A stretch of 50,136 bases of DNA, taken from positions 1 to 50,136 of the forward strand of contig JAYZFK010000043.1 of the NCBI GenBank assembly GCA_036336835.1. The letters are read 5' to 3'. The translations under genes were made by a program, and so were the position numbers. Position 1 is the first letter of the stretch. Each line of letters starts with the position of its first letter. The notes beneath the pieces are model-generated. The model saw only the letters and a program-made list of their open reading frames with translations, did no database searches and was not told where the DNA came from. This document shows, in pieces, positions 35,452 to 46,481 of the stretch. The stretch comes from Myxococcota bacterium. Lineage in GTDB: Bacteria; Myxococcota_A; UBA9160; UBA4427.

Positions 35452-37533
35452 ATGGCCGACCCCACGCCCCCTGAGGAGTTGCGCGACGAGCGGACGCCAC
35501 AGAACCGGCTGGCCAACGAGACGAGCGCCTACCTTCGCCAGCACATGCTGAATCCGGTCGACTGGTGGCCGTGGGGAGAAGAGGCTCGGGCCCTGGCGCG
35601 CGAACGCGACGTACCGCTGCTGGTGTCGATCGGCTACAGCGCCTGCCACTGGTGCCACGTGATGGCCCACGAGTCGTTCGAGGACGCCGACACCGCTCGC
35701 GTGATGAACCAGCTGTTCGTCCCGGTGAAGGTCGACCGCGAGGAGCGACCCGATGTCGACCAGATCTACATGGACACGGTGGTACGCCTCACCGGCCGGG
35801 GCGGCTGGCCGCTCACCGTGTTCGCACTGCCCGACGGCCGTCCCTTTCACGCAGGCACCTACTATCCACCCGAGCCGCGGCAGGGCATGCCGAGCTTTCG
35901 CGACGTGATGCGCGCCGTCGACCAGGCCTGGCGCGAGCGTCGCGACGAGATCGAGAAGGCCGCGAGCCAGATCCTCCGCGCGCTCGACGAGCCGAGGACC
36001 GGGGTTGCCGAGGAGCCTCCGAGCGCGCGGACCGTCGCGCAGTGCGCGGCCGCGATCATGCAGGGCGCCGACCGCGAGCATGGCGGCTTCGGCGACGGCC
36101 CGAAATTCCCGACTCCGACCAACCTCGAAGTCGTACTGGCGTCGGCCGACCTGATCGCCGACGACACAGCACGCGACTGGCTCGAGTTCGTGCGCTTCAG
36201 CTGCATCGAGATGGCGCGGCGTGGCCTCTACGACCAGCTGGGCGGCGGCTTCCACCGCTACTGCGTCGACGGCCGCTGGACCATCCCGCACTTCGAGAAG
36301 ATGCTCTACGACCAGGGGCTCCTGTTGCGCGTGTACTGCGAGATGTTCCGCCGCAGCCTCGGCGACGAAGAGCTCGCCTGGCCGATCCGCGAGACGGTGC
36401 AATACCTGGAGCGCGAGATGACCGCGCCCGAGGGCGGCTTCTTCGCCAGCCAGGACGCCGACTCGGAGGGCGAAGAAGGCAAGTTCTTCGTCTGGACCCC
36501 CGAACAGATCGAGGCCGAGCTGGGAGCGGCGGCGGCGGGGTTCTGCGACACCTATTCGGTCACGCCGCGAGGCAACTTCGAGCACGGCACGACCCAGCTG
36601 GTCGATCGCGCGCGCGAGCCGCGCGCCCACTGCGCGACGGAGCGCAGCGCGCTGTACGCGGTGCGATCGCAGCGCATCGCGCCGGCGACGGATCGCAAGA
36701 GGGTGGCGGCCTGGAACGGCTATGCGATCAGCGGACTGGCACGCGCGGCGACCTGGCTGGACGAGCCGGCCTACCTCGAGCAGGCGGTGCGCGCAGCCGA
36801 CTTCGTGCTCGAGAACATGCGCGACGCCGACGGTCGGCTGCTGCGCGTCTACAACGAGGGGCGCGCCCACATCTCGGCCTTCCTGGACGACACGGCGAGT
36901 CTGCTCGACGCCTGTCTGGACCTCTACCGGGCCGGGGGCGGCGACCGATTCGTCGCCGCGGCGGCCGGCTTCGCCGACGACATCGCCACCCGATTCTTCG
37001 ACGCCGATCGCGGAGAGCTGTTCCTGACGCCCAGCGACGGCGAACGGCTGGCCCACCGCCCCCGTTCGGATCACGACGGCGCCACGCCCGAAGCGATCGG
37101 ACTCGCGACGGTGGGACTCGTTCGCCTCGGCGCACTCGCCGAACGCGCCGATTGGCAAGCGCTGGCCGAACGCGTGATCGGCGATCACGCCTTCGCACTC
37201 CAGCGCTCTCCGCACGCCCACCCGACCCTGGTGCGTGCCGTGGCCCTGTCCGCGCGGGGTCTGTCGGTCGCGGTCGTCATCGGCGAGCGCGACACTCCGG
37301 CGACGCGAGCGCTGGCGCAGCGCGCGCGAACGCGGCTGCTGCCCGAAGACAGCGTGATCGTCGCCGCACCGGGCGAGGCCGCGCCCACCGGCGTCGCCCA
37401 GAGCTGGCTCGACGAGCGCGGCCTGCATCAGGGCGAGCCGGCGGCCTACATCTGCCACGGCACGACCTGCTCGCTGCCAGCGACCGATCCGGACGCGTTG
37501 GAAGATCTGCAGAGTCTGTTCTCACCCGGGTGA
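35452..37533 (+). CDS. YyaL/SSP411 family thioredoxin domain-containing protein
   Basis: [77 protein letters not shown]. Confidence 0.95.
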   Translation: MADPTPPEELRDERTPQNRLANETSAYLRQHMLNPVDWWPWGEEARALARERDVPLLVSIGYSACHWCHVMAHESFEDADTARVMNQLFVPVKVDREERPDVDQIYMDTVVRLTGRGGWPLTVFALPDGRPFHAGTYYPPEPRQGMPSFRDVMRAVDQAWRERRDEIEKAASQILRALDEPRTGVAEEPPSARTVAQCAAAIMQGADREHGGFGDGPKFPTPTNLEVVLASADLIADDTARDWLEFVRFSCIEMARRGLYDQLGGGFHRYCVDGRWTIPHFEKMLYDQGLLLRVYCEMFRRSLGDEELAWPIRETVQYLEREMTAPEGGFFASQDADSEGEEGKFFVWTPEQIEAELGAAAAGFCDTYSVTPRGNFEHGTTQLVDRAREPRAHCATERSALYAVRSQRIAPATDRKRVAAWNGYAISGLARAATWLDEPAYLEQAVRAADFVLENMRDADGRLLRVYNEGRAHISAFLDDTASLLDACLDLYRAGGGDRFVAAAAGFADDIATRFFDADRGELFLTPSDGERLAHRPRSDHDGATPEAIGLATVGLVRLGALAERADWQALAERVIGDHAFALQRSPHAHPTLVRAVALSARGLSVAVVIGERDTPATRALAQRARTRLLPEDSVIVAAPGEAAPTGVAQSWLDERGLHQGEPAAYICHGTTCSLPATDPDALEDLQSLFSPG

Positions 37534-37593
37534 GCGCTTCTGCTAGCGTGCGCCCCCCCCGAGCCAGTAGGCCCGGTGCTGGAGGGCTCGCAC

Positions 37594-38649
37594 GTGCCGA
37601 TGCCCCGCGACGAGAGCAAGTACGGAACCGGCCACGACGACGGGCTCGAGCCGCTTGTGCCACTCGACCCAGCCCGGGTGAGCGGCGTGGACGATCTGGT
37701 CCGCGCGATGTCACGGACGGCCTTCGGGGGCCGAAGACTGGGCGAAGCCGCCGACGTGCTCGAAGCGATGGTGCGCCACGAGAACTGCTTCCGCGTCGTG
37801 ACGGTTTCCGGTGCGATGACGATCGCGAAGCAGGGCATGCTGCTGTGCGAGATGATCGACCGCGGCTGGGTCCAGGCGGTCGTCGCCACCGGCGCCCTGA
37901 TGACCCACGGCTTCGTCGAAGGCGCGGGCATGCTGCATTTCAAGCACCGGACCAGCATGCGAGACGAGGAGCTGTACAGCCGCGGCTACAACCGCGTGTA
38001 TGACACGATCGAGCTCGAGAAGAACCTCGACGACGCCGAGCGGGCGATCGGGCTGGCGCTGGCCGACTTGACGCCCGAGACGGTGCTCTCGAGCCATCTG
38101 CTGATGCGACACCTCGGCGCTCACCTGGCCGAGAGCCTGAAGGGCCGCGCCATCCTCGCCAGTGCGTACCGGCGGGACGTCCCGATCTACGTGCCCGCCT
38201 TCACCGACTCGGAGCTCGGGCTCGACCTCGCGATCTTCAACAAGCTGCGCGCCCAGCGCGGCGAACCCGCCTTTGCCTTCGATCCATTCCTCGACCTCGA
38301 GGACTTCGCAAATCGGGTCCGCACGGCCGAGACCCTGGGAATCTTCACCATCGGAGGCGGCGTGCCGCGCAACTGGGCGCAGCAGGTCGGTCCTTATCTC
38401 GAGATCCAGCGCACGCGCCTCGGCAGCCAGGAGCCGGTACGGCGCTACCGGTACGCCGCGCGCATCTGCCCCGAGCCGGAGCACTGGGGCGGACTCTCGG
38501 GCTGCAGCTACACCGAAGGGGTGTCGTGGGGGAAATTCGTGCCGGAGAGTGAGGGCGGGCGTTTCGCGGAGGTCTTCGCCGATGCCACGATCGCGTGGCC
38601 GCTGATCGTGCGCGCGGTCATGGAACGCCTGGATTCGAAGCGGGGTTGA
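37594..38649 (+). CDS. Deoxyhypusine synthase-like protein (probable polyamine/homospermidine synthesis)
   Basis: SGAM, GYNRVYD, PAFTDSELG, IGGGVPRNW, GGLSGC...EGVSWGK (catalytic Lys), DATIAWP; GGAGG RBS before GTG 37594. Confidence 0.9.
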   Translation: MPMPRDESKYGTGHDDGLEPLVPLDPARVSGVDDLVRAMSRTAFGGRRLGEAADVLEAMVRHENCFRVVTVSGAMTIAKQGMLLCEMIDRGWVQAVVATGALMTHGFVEGAGMLHFKHRTSMRDEELYSRGYNRVYDTIELEKNLDDAERAIGLALADLTPETVLSSHLLMRHLGAHLAESLKGRAILASAYRRDVPIYVPAFTDSELGLDLAIFNKLRAQRGEPAFAFDPFLDLEDFANRVRTAETLGIFTIGGGVPRNWAQQVGPYLEIQRTRLGSQEPVRRYRYAARICPEPEHWGGLSGCSYTEGVSWGKFVPESEGGRFAEVFADATIAWPLIVRAVMERLDSKRG

Positions 38650-38652
38650 CCG

Positions 38653-39912
38653 TTGCGCAGACTCGCCATCGTCCTGCCGCTGCTCGGCGCCGCGGCCTGC
38701 GCGACGCGAGCCATCGCCCCCGAGAGCCTGGCTGCGCGCGCCGAGCGCCTCCACCGCGACGCGATCGTGATCGACACGCACTCGGACACGACGCCCTACT
38801 TCCAGGATCCGGACTTCGATTTCACAGCGCGTCACCCGGCCCACTACAGCCACATGGACCTGCCCCGGATCCGCGAAGGCGGGCTCGACGTCGAGTTCTG
38901 GTCGATCTATCTCGGCCGGCGCGAGGGAGATGGCCGCGCCATCCGCGAGGCGTTGCAGCGAATCGACGCCGTCCATCGCATGGTGGCGCTCCACCCCGAG
39001 GTCGCCCTGGCCACCAGCGTCGCCGAGGTGCGCACGCAGGTCGCGGCGGGACGCTTCGTCAGCATGATGGGGATCGAGGGCGGCCACATCATCGAAGACT
39101 CCCTGCCGGCCCTGCGCGACTTCTACCGGCTCGGCGTGCGGTACCTGACGTTGACCCACTCGTTCCACACGAGCTGGGCCGACTCGTCCGGCACGGCCGT
39201 CGCGGTCGAGCCGCTCCACGGTGGGCTCACCGACCGCGGCCGCATCATCGTCGGCGAGCTGAACCGGATTGGCATGATGGTCGATGTCTCCCATGTCTCG
39301 GACGCGACCTTCTACGACGTGATCGAGACGACTCGGGCTCCCGTGCTCGCGTCCCACTCGTCGGTGCGCGCCGTCGCGAGCCACGTGCGTAACCTGAGCG
39401 ACGACATGCTGCGGGCGCTCGCCGACAACGGCGGCGTGGTGATGATCAACTTCTACTCGGCCTATCTCGACGAGGCCGTCGCGGCCGAGACCGCGGCGTA
39501 CTACGAGCGTTGGGGGCCGCAGCTGCAGACGATCGGCGAGAGGCACGAGGGCAACTGGTGGATGCAGTGGCTAGCGCGACGCGAGCACTACGAGCGCCAT
39601 CCCGCACCGCAGACGACCCTGCCACAGCTGCTCGACCACTTCGATCACGCGATTGCCGTGGCCGGCGCCGATCACGTGGGCGTCGGCGCGGACTGGGACG
39701 GGGTCGCCAGCTTCCCCAGAGGCCTCGACGACGTATCCCTGCTGCCGCAGCTCACCCGCGGACTGCTCGAGCGCGGACACTCGGAAGAGGTGGTACGCAA
39801 GGTGCTCGGCGAGAACCTGCTGCGCGTGCTCGGCGAGGTCGAGACCGTCGCAGCGCAGCTGCAGGCGGAGGATCCGGCGGGGCCGCTCGAGCTCGAGCCG
39901 CCGCCTCAGTAG
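38653..39912 (+). CDS. Membrane dipeptidase (peptidase M19), probable lipoprotein
   Basis: Lipobox-like LGAAAC, IDTHSD, GIEGGH, GVRYLTLTH, MMVDVSH, SHS, RNLSD, DHVGVGADWDG, GEN.LRV. Confidence 0.93.
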   Translation: MRRLAIVLPLLGAAACATRAIAPESLAARAERLHRDAIVIDTHSDTTPYFQDPDFDFTARHPAHYSHMDLPRIREGGLDVEFWSIYLGRREGDGRAIREALQRIDAVHRMVALHPEVALATSVAEVRTQVAAGRFVSMMGIEGGHIIEDSLPALRDFYRLGVRYLTLTHSFHTSWADSSGTAVAVEPLHGGLTDRGRIIVGELNRIGMMVDVSHVSDATFYDVIETTRAPVLASHSSVRAVASHVRNLSDDMLRALADNGGVVMINFYSAYLDEAVAAETAAYYERWGPQLQTIGERHEGNWWMQWLARREHYERHPAPQTTLPQLLDHFDHAIAVAGADHVGVGADWDGVASFPRGLDDVSLLPQLTRGLLERGHSEEVVRKVLGENLLRVLGEVETVAAQLQAEDPAGPLELEPPPQ

Positions 39913-40451
39913 CGCCAGGTCGCTCCGAGCCGCAGGTTGACCGAGTCGTAGTCGGTGGCGTCGCCCCCGTTGGCGACGTAGACGAACTGCCCGGTGACCG
40001 CGAGGTCGTGCGAGAGCCAGTAGTCGACACCGGCGCCGAACCGGAAGCTCGAGGCCGGCACCTGACCGCGGCCCAGCTCGCCGACGATGATCCCCACCGA
40101 GCTCACGAAGTAGGGCTGCAGGCGGTCGTCGAGCAAGCTGACACCGTCGAAGAAGGCCAGCAGGTAGAGCTTGGAGACGACGCTCAGCGACCAGGGATTG
40201 CGGCCGCCGAGATAGGCCCATTCGCCCTCGAGCTCGATCGCGAGCTGCGGCAGCATGCGGAAGCCGAGCCGGCCCGCCAGGCCGAACGGCGCGAACACGT
40301 CGAACTCCTCGGGTGAGGTCTCGATGGCGAGCAGCGCATCGAGGCCGAGATAGGGACCCTCGCGCGAGTAGTCGTCCTCGTCCTGAGCCAGCGCCGCGGA
40401 GGGCGCCAGGATCAGAAGCGATGCGAAACAGGCAGTGATCGCGCGCAGCAT
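39906..40451 (-). CDS. Outer membrane beta-barrel protein (OmpA-like/porin family)
   Basis: Signal peptide (AALA), DYSREGPYLG, RLGFR, LQPYF, FGAGVDY, terminal WRY. Confidence 0.8.
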   Translation of the reverse strand: MLRAITACFASLLILAPSAALAQDEDDYSREGPYLGLDALLAIETSPEEFDVFAPFGLAGRLGFRMLPQLAIELEGEWAYLGGRNPWSLSVVSKLYLLAFFDGVSLLDDRLQPYFVSSVGIIVGELGRGQVPASSFRFGAGVDYWLSHDLAVTGQFVYVANGGDATDYDSVNLRLGATWRY

Positions 40452-40625
40452 GGCTGCCCTCCCCTCGCGGCGCCGCACGCCGCGGCGCCGGACGACGGCG
40501 GGAGACTACCACCGGGAGACCGCTGCCGGGAAGCGCGGACCTTGCCGGACTCGTGCCCGGAGTGGTTCAATCATGCGGCGGTGACTGAGAGTCCAGCTCT
40601 GGCGGGCTCCTCATGATGACGGAGG

Positions 40626-41063
40626 GTGATTCCGATGACCCCGCTCGAGTGCGTCCGGAAGGTGATCGAGTGCGACAATGCTCGCGACATCGCGGGCTAC
40701 CGCGCGCTGCTCCACGATGACTACACCGCTCGCGTCCACGGCAAGCCCCAGACGGATGGTGCCCAGCAGGAGGCGGCTGCGCTCGAGGCCTGGTGGGCGG
40801 CGACGCCCGACAGCCATCTCGAGGAGCTCGCGACCCACGTCGACGGCCACTGGGTCACGCTGCGCTACGCGCTGTCGGGAACCAACCAGGGTCCTCTGGC
40901 CGGCCAGCCGCCGACCGGCAAGGCCTTCCAGACGGAGGCCTGCACGATCTTCGAGATCTTGGACGGACGAGTGCAGCGGACCTTTCGCTTCGCCGACACG
41001 CTCGGCATGCTCACCCAGCTCGGTCTGACCGGCCTGACCGGTCCGACGAAAAGCAGTGACTGA
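40626..41063 (+). CDS. SnoaL-like ester cyclase / NTF2 family protein
   Basis: PD.H, DG.WV..RY..SGTNQG...GQPPTGK, DGRV.R, DTLGML.QLG; start GTG 40626 or ATG 40635. Confidence 0.85.
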   Translation: MIPMTPLECVRKVIECDNARDIAGYRALLHDDYTARVHGKPQTDGAQQEAAALEAWWAATPDSHLEELATHVDGHWVTLRYALSGTNQGPLAGQPPTGKAFQTEACTIFEILDGRVQRTFRFADTLGMLTQLGLTGLTGPTKSSD

Positions 41064-41103
41064 AGCCGCGACAGCCGCGCGGCCCCGCTGGTTCGCTAGT
41101 TCG

Positions 41104-42033
41104 CTAGTTGCCGAAGGACTCGCGAAGCCGCTTGCAGCCGAACTCGATCGCCTCGCGTCCCTTGTCGATCTGCTCGTACATCGACACGAAACCGTGGATC
41201 ACGCCGTCGTAGCGGACGGCCTGCGTCGGCACACCGGCTTCGTCGAGACGACGAGCGTAGGCCTCCCCTTCGTCGCGCAGGGGATCGTATTCCGCAGTCA
41301 CGACGGTGGCCGGCGGCAAGCCGGACAGGTCCTTCGCGCGCAGCGGTGCGGCCAGCGGATCCTGCCCATCCTCCGCGCGCTCCAGGTAGTGGTGCCAGAA
41401 CCACTGCATCATGTCGCGCGTGAGGAAGTAGCCTTCGGCGTTCTCCTCATAGGAGGGTGTGGTGAAATCGTGGGCCGTCACCGGGTAGATCAGCAGCTGA
41501 TGAGCGAGCGCGGGGCCACCGCGCTGCTTCGCCAGCTGCGCCACGACAGCCGCGAGATTCCCGCCTGCACTGTCGCCCGCCACCGCCACCCGCGCGCCAT
41601 CGGCACCGATCGAGGCAGCGTTGTCTACGGCCCAGCGCGTCGCGGCATGACAGTCCTCGGGTGCGGCCGGGAACTTCGCCTCGGGCGCGAGCCGGTAGTC
41701 CACCGACACGACCACGGCCCCCGCCCCCCGGCACAGCGAGCGCGCCAGCGCATCGTGCGAATCGAGATCACAGACCACGAAGCCGCCGCCGTGGAAGAAC
41801 ATGAGCAACGGGAACGGCCCGGCTCCGTCGGGGGTGTAGATGCGGACCGGCAGCTCACCCGCCGGCCCCGGGATGCCGCGGTTCTCGATCTTCGCAACCG
41901 GCGGTGGCGCGGCCTCTGCGCCGAACGAGCCGAAGTTCGCGCGCACCACGCTGGGCTCGAGCGACCAGAAATCCACGACGGGGGCTTCGCGCAGGGGCGC
42001 GAGCACGGCCTCCACCTGGGGGTCCAGCGGCAT
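41104..42033 (-). CDS. Alpha/beta hydrolase, HSL-family esterase
   Basis: [42 protein letters not shown]. Confidence 0.95.
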   Translation of the reverse strand: MPLDPQVEAVLAPLREAPVVDFWSLEPSVVRANFGSFGAEAAPPPVAKIENRGIPGPAGELPVRIYTPDGAGPFPLLMFFHGGGFVVCDLDSHDALARSLCRGAGAVVVSVDYRLAPEAKFPAAPEDCHAATRWAVDNAASIGADGARVAVAGDSAGGNLAAVVAQLAKQRGGPALAHQLLIYPVTAHDFTTPSYEENAEGYFLTRDMMQWFWHHYLERAEDGQDPLAAPLRAKDLSGLPPATVVTAEYDPLRDEGEAYARRLDEAGVPTQAVRYDGVIHGFVSMYEQIDKGREAIEFGCKRLRESFGN

Positions 42034-42185
42034 GTTCGTCTCCTTCCGACGGGGCTTGGCAGCCTACCACCCGGCGCACCGCAGCGGGACGCGGCGGCCC
42101 GCAAGGAACCGGCACCCGTGACGCAGCGACCCGACCCAAGCGAGCCCGAAAAGGCACCTACCCATGCACTCCCTGGAGGACCTCG

Positions 42186-45176
42186 ATGACCCGACCGCGC
42201 GCGATCAGCCATCCGACGGCCGGCGCGGTCACCGCCCTGCTCGGCCTGCTCGTACTGGCCAGCCTCTCGGCGCCGAGCCCCGCCCGCGCCGACTGCTCGT
42301 TGTCGGGTAGCAGCGTCAGCTGCTCCGGAGACGATCCCGACGGCTTCGACGCAGGCGTCGCCGACGGCCTCGACGTCGACATCGAGAGCGGCGCGACGCT
42401 GTCGAATCCGGCCGGCGACGCGATTCGGCTGAACGACGACAGCTCGGTCGTGGTCCGCGGCACGGGCTCGGTCGCAGCCAGCGCGCCCGGCGCCGGCGCA
42501 ATCGTTGCGGGCTCGGGAGGCAATCTCGGCAGCATCACCATCCAGAACGGCGCCGTGATTACGTCGAGTGGCGCGAACGGCAGCGCAATCGCGGTCGGCG
42601 ACGACTGGGATGACTTCGAGAGAGACGGCGTCCTGAACTCGGGAACCATCAGCCTGAGCGGCGACGCCTCCACCGCGATCTCGGTGGGTGCGCGCAGCCG
42701 GGTCGTCAACCAGAGCGGCGGCGAGATCACCCTGTCCGGGGCCGATTCGACCGCGATCTCCGGCGGGCTGCGCGCGAACCTCCAGAACCTCGGAACCATC
42801 GATTCCACGGGCTCGGGCGCTACCGGCATGCGCATCACGACGATCGGTCGCTTGATCAACGCGGGAACGATCAGCTTGACCGGAGACGACGCCACTGGCC
42901 TCGAGGCCGGGAATCTGAACGCCGTGGTCACCAGCGACGGAGCAATCGCGATCACCGGCGACCGGGGAACCGGTATCCGGCTGGGAGACGACAACAACGG
43001 AACCGTCGAGAATCGGGCCGATCTGTCGGTCACGGGCGCCGACGGCGTCGGCATTCACGCCGGCAACCGCAATACCCTGCTCAACTCCGACCGGATCTCG
43101 GTCACGGACCCGATGGACCTCACCGGCACGGGCGTCCGCCTCGGGGGTGACAACGAGTTCACGAACACAGGGACGATCGAGGTCAATGCCGCGAGCGGGA
43201 TCGGAGTCCTGCTCGATGAAGTGAACGACGATGTCACGAACACCGGCACGATCACGGCAGCCACCGCGGTCGAGAGTGTGTTCGGCAGCCACAACATCTT
43301 GAACACCGGAACCATCACCGGTGACATCCGCCTCGGAGACGGCGGCCACGTCATCGACAACTTCGGCACGCTGACCGGCGACGTCATCCTCGGCAACGGC
43401 AACGACATCGTGACGAACGGCACGATTCTCGAGGGCGACGTGGCGCTCGGAGGCGGAGACGACACGATGCGCATCGACGGCGTGTCGAGCTCGACCGGTA
43501 CCTTCGACGGCGGTGGCGAAGCGATGGCGGACCTCGTCGTCCTGGGCGCCGCTCAGCAAGGCGCTCTCGACCTCGACACGGTCTCGAACTTCGCGGCGCT
43601 CGAGGTCCAGACCGGTGTCTGGACGCTGCGCGGGACCGGCGATTTCTCCACCGGCACGACCGTGCGCTCTCTCGCCACACTTGCCGTCGACGGGAGCGGG
43701 CCAGCCGGAGCCACCAGCCTGATCGGCGACCTCCTGCTGGAGGACGGATCGACGCTCCGCACGACCATCGATCCCGACGGAGATCAGAGCCACCTCGTGG
43801 TGGACGGAGCCGTCACCACCACGGGCTCCGTCGTCCTCGACATCGTTCAGCTGGCGCCGACCCGGACCACTGCAAGCTTCGAGCTGATCTCGGCCGACAG
43901 CATCGGCAGCTTCCAGCTGCCGATGCTGTCGGATACGGCCTTCCTCGACTTCCAGATCCTCCAGAGCGCGACGGATCTCGACCTCGTCGTGACCCGCTCT
44001 TCGAGCTACGCGGCCGCCGGCGACTCGGTCAACCAACGAGCGGTCGGGGGCAACCTGGATGCGGTCCTCGCCGCCGGACCGACCGGGGACATGGCCGCCC
44101 TGCTGACCGAAATCGACCAGCTGTCGACCGACGGAGCACGGACCGCCTTCGACTCCCTCGATCCGGAGGCCTACGACGCACACTCGAGTACGCTGCTCTC
44201 GCTCGGATCCGCGATCGCCGACCTGGTGACCGCCGACCGGCTTCGCTGCGACCGCGACTACCGCTTCCAGCTGCGCGGCCACAACGACAGACAGCCGAGC
44301 CCGTGCGGCGCCCACGGGCGCCGGCTGTGGGCGACCGCGCTGGTCAACTTCGCGAGCCGGGACACACGCGACAGCCACATCGACTACGACAGCTCGGGCG
44401 GAGCGTTCGTCGTCGGCGGCGACCTCGACCTCGAGGATTGGTTCGTCTCGGGCTTCCTGGGAGGCACGCTCGCCTCGCTCGACGTGAAGACCGTCGGAGA
44501 CGGCGACAGCTACAGCTTCGAGCTCGGCGGCCTGGCCCGCCGCAGCTTCGGGGGAGCGCGCGTCCAGACCGTGGCCCTGTACGGTCGCGGCTGGCACCAG
44601 CAGGAGCGAGCGATCCGCACTGGCGTCCCTCGCGGCGCCGCGCGCGGGAGATTCCAGAGCAACCGCTTCCTGTCGCGCACGGAGCTCGCCTACGTGTTCG
44701 AGCTTGCGGGCTTCGAGTTCGCTCCACTCACCCAGCTCGAGTACATCTACCTCGGCGAGGACGCATTCCGCGAGAAGGGGGCGGCAGGCGCCACACTCCG
44801 CGTCGGCGAGCGCCGCACCTCGGTGCTGCGCTCGGGCTTCGGCGCAAGCCTCGCCTACGAAGGACTCAAGTACTACTGGCTCGGGCGCTGGTTCGCCTGG
44901 ACCGACGGCACCTGGCGCGGCGAGCTCCACGGGCGCTGGCTGCGCACCTGGAAGGGCGACCAGCGCAATCTGCACGCGAGCTTCGTGGACGCGCCGAGCG
45001 GAGTCGGCAGCTTCCGCAGCCGGGCACAGGACGTCGAGCAGGCCATGACATTCGGCGGTCGCGTGACCTTCCAGCCGCTGCTCTACGCGGCGACGGTCAG
45101 CATCGGCTACGACTTCCAGCTCGGCGACGATACGACCGTGCACCGCGGCACGGCCGAGCTGCGCCTCCCGTTCTAG
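42186..45176 (+). CDS. Autotransporter (type Va) with beta-helical passenger
   Basis: Signal peptide (PARA), many N.GTI repeats, G-rich D(V/I).LG.G.D repeats, linker NQRAVG..LD...AFDSLDPEAY, C-terminal barrel ending LRLPF; GGAGG RBS. Confidence 0.9.
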   Translation: MTRPRAISHPTAGAVTALLGLLVLASLSAPSPARADCSLSGSSVSCSGDDPDGFDAGVADGLDVDIESGATLSNPAGDAIRLNDDSSVVVRGTGSVAASAPGAGAIVAGSGGNLGSITIQNGAVITSSGANGSAIAVGDDWDDFERDGVLNSGTISLSGDASTAISVGARSRVVNQSGGEITLSGADSTAISGGLRANLQNLGTIDSTGSGATGMRITTIGRLINAGTISLTGDDATGLEAGNLNAVVTSDGAIAITGDRGTGIRLGDDNNGTVENRADLSVTGADGVGIHAGNRNTLLNSDRISVTDPMDLTGTGVRLGGDNEFTNTGTIEVNAASGIGVLLDEVNDDVTNTGTITAATAVESVFGSHNILNTGTITGDIRLGDGGHVIDNFGTLTGDVILGNGNDIVTNGTILEGDVALGGGDDTMRIDGVSSSTGTFDGGGEAMADLVVLGAAQQGALDLDTVSNFAALEVQTGVWTLRGTGDFSTGTTVRSLATLAVDGSGPAGATSLIGDLLLEDGSTLRTTIDPDGDQSHLVVDGAVTTTGSVVLDIVQLAPTRTTASFELISADSIGSFQLPMLSDTAFLDFQILQSATDLDLVVTRSSSYAAAGDSVNQRAVGGNLDAVLAAGPTGDMAALLTEIDQLSTDGARTAFDSLDPEAYDAHSSTLLSLGSAIADLVTADRLRCDRDYRFQLRGHNDRQPSPCGAHGRRLWATALVNFASRDTRDSHIDYDSSGGAFVVGGDLDLEDWFVSGFLGGTLASLDVKTVGDGDSYSFELGGLARRSFGGARVQTVALYGRGWHQQERAIRTGVPRGAARGRFQSNRFLSRTELAYVFELAGFEFAPLTQLEYIYLGEDAFREKGAAGATLRVGERRTSVLRSGFGASLAYEGLKYYWLGRWFAWTDGTWRGELHGRWLRTWKGDQRNLHASFVDAPSGVGSFRSRAQDVEQAMTFGGRVTFQPLLYAATVSIGYDFQLGDDTTVHRGTAELRLPF

Positions 45177-45199
45177 CGGCCGCCAGAGGGCGAGTTCGA

Positions 45200-46405
45200 C
45201 TACGCGACGGCGCCGCCTTCACGCAGCGCCGTGATCTGATCGTCGCTGCGACCGAGCTCGCGCAAGATCTCCTCGGTGTGCTCGCCGTGCTCGGGCGCCA
45301 TCGAGCGGACCCGCCACGGCGTGCCGTGGAAGTCGACGGGCGTCGCTGGGAGCTTGATCGTCGAACCCTGATCTGGCACATCGACCAGGCCGCCGGCCGC
45401 CAGTACCTGGGGGTCGTTCACGACCTCGTCCGCGGTCTGCACCGGGGACCAGAAGAAGTCCTCCGTTGCGTCGAAGATCGGCGCCCACTCGGCGACCGTC
45501 CTGGTGGCGAAGATCTCGTCGAGCGCCGAGATCAACTCCTCGGCGTTGCGCTGTCGCGCCTGCGCGGTCTCGAAGCGCGGATCACGCTGCCACTCGGGGT
45601 GACCGACGACTTCGCACAGCGGCGGCCAGTGCCGATCGCCCTCGAGCCCGACGATCCAGAACCAGCGCCCGGCCGAGTCCTCATAGTTGTTGATGCACGG
45701 ATTGCCCATCTGCTTGCGGTTCGCAACGCCGACCCCGACGCCGAGTCGACAGGTGATCGACAGATCGAACGACAGCGTGTAGATGCCCTCGCGCAGCAAC
45801 GAGGTCGACACCAGCTGCCCCTCTCCGGTCTTCTCGCGCTTGAACAGCGCCGCCGAGATGGCGGCAGCGCCCGCGAGGCCGGCGTTGTGATCTCCCATCC
45901 CGCCGCGCTGAAAGGGCGGATGCGACCCGGGCTGGGTGAGCGCGGCCGCGATCCCCGAGCGCGCCCAGAAGGCCGCGATGTCGTAGGCGGCGCGATCGGC
46001 GTCCGGGCCCTGCATGCCATAGCCGGTCACCGCGCAGTAGATCAGCCGTGGGTTGCGCTTTGCCAGCGTCTCGGGATCGAGACCGAGACGCGAGAGTCCC
46101 GCCATCCGCACGTTGGTGAGGAACACGTCGGCGTCGTCGATCAGCTCGAGCGCCACCGCGAGCCCGTCGGGGTTCGCGAGATCGATCACCACGCTTCGCT
46201 TGCTGCGGTTGTCCATCTCGAACACCGGGTTGAAGGGCAGGTCGGCGCCGAGCATGGTCTGGAACAGACGCGCGGGATCGCCGATGCCGGGGGGTTCGAG
46301 CTTCACGACGTCGGCGCCCCAGTCCGCGAGAATGCCGCCGCACGCCGGTCCAGCGACCCAGACACCGAGCTCGACGACCTTCACTCCCTCCAGCGGACCG
46401 GGCAT
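45200..46405 (-). CDS. CaiB/BaiF family CoA transferase
   Basis: GPLEGVKVVEL..WVAGP, GADVVKLEP..GDP.R, NRSKRS, NPRLIYC..TGYG, GMGD; GGAGG RBS. Confidence 0.94.
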   Translation of the reverse strand: MPGPLEGVKVVELGVWVAGPACGGILADWGADVVKLEPPGIGDPARLFQTMLGADLPFNPVFEMDNRSKRSVVIDLANPDGLAVALELIDDADVFLTNVRMAGLSRLGLDPETLAKRNPRLIYCAVTGYGMQGPDADRAAYDIAAFWARSGIAAALTQPGSHPPFQRGGMGDHNAGLAGAAAISAALFKREKTGEGQLVSTSLLREGIYTLSFDLSITCRLGVGVGVANRKQMGNPCINNYEDSAGRWFWIVGLEGDRHWPPLCEVVGHPEWQRDPRFETAQARQRNAEELISALDEIFATRTVAEWAPIFDATEDFFWSPVQTADEVVNDPQVLAAGGLVDVPDQGSTIKLPATPVDFHGTPWRVRSMAPEHGEHTEEILRELGRSDDQITALREGGAVA

Positions 46406-46481
46406 GGGGCTTCCTCCAGCGTCATTGCGCGCCCGGAGTCATACCACGCGCGCCGCGGGTTCGGGAACGCAAACGGTCGAT

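Noticed and set aside
40560..40625. CTGAGA-containing leader upstream of the SnoaL gene as a TPP riboswitch
   Set aside because: The remaining TPP consensus elements are missing and the region is too short.
41092..41107. TTCGCTAG tandem duplication at the esterase stop
   Set aside because: Only two 8-nt copies; not an array and of no evident function.
41625..45143. Very long antisense or alternate-frame ORFs (1172 aa here; also 14298-18029 and many others)
   Set aside because: Shadow ORFs caused by high GC and codon bias. They are Arg/Ala/Pro-rich, show no motifs and overlap well-supported genes.
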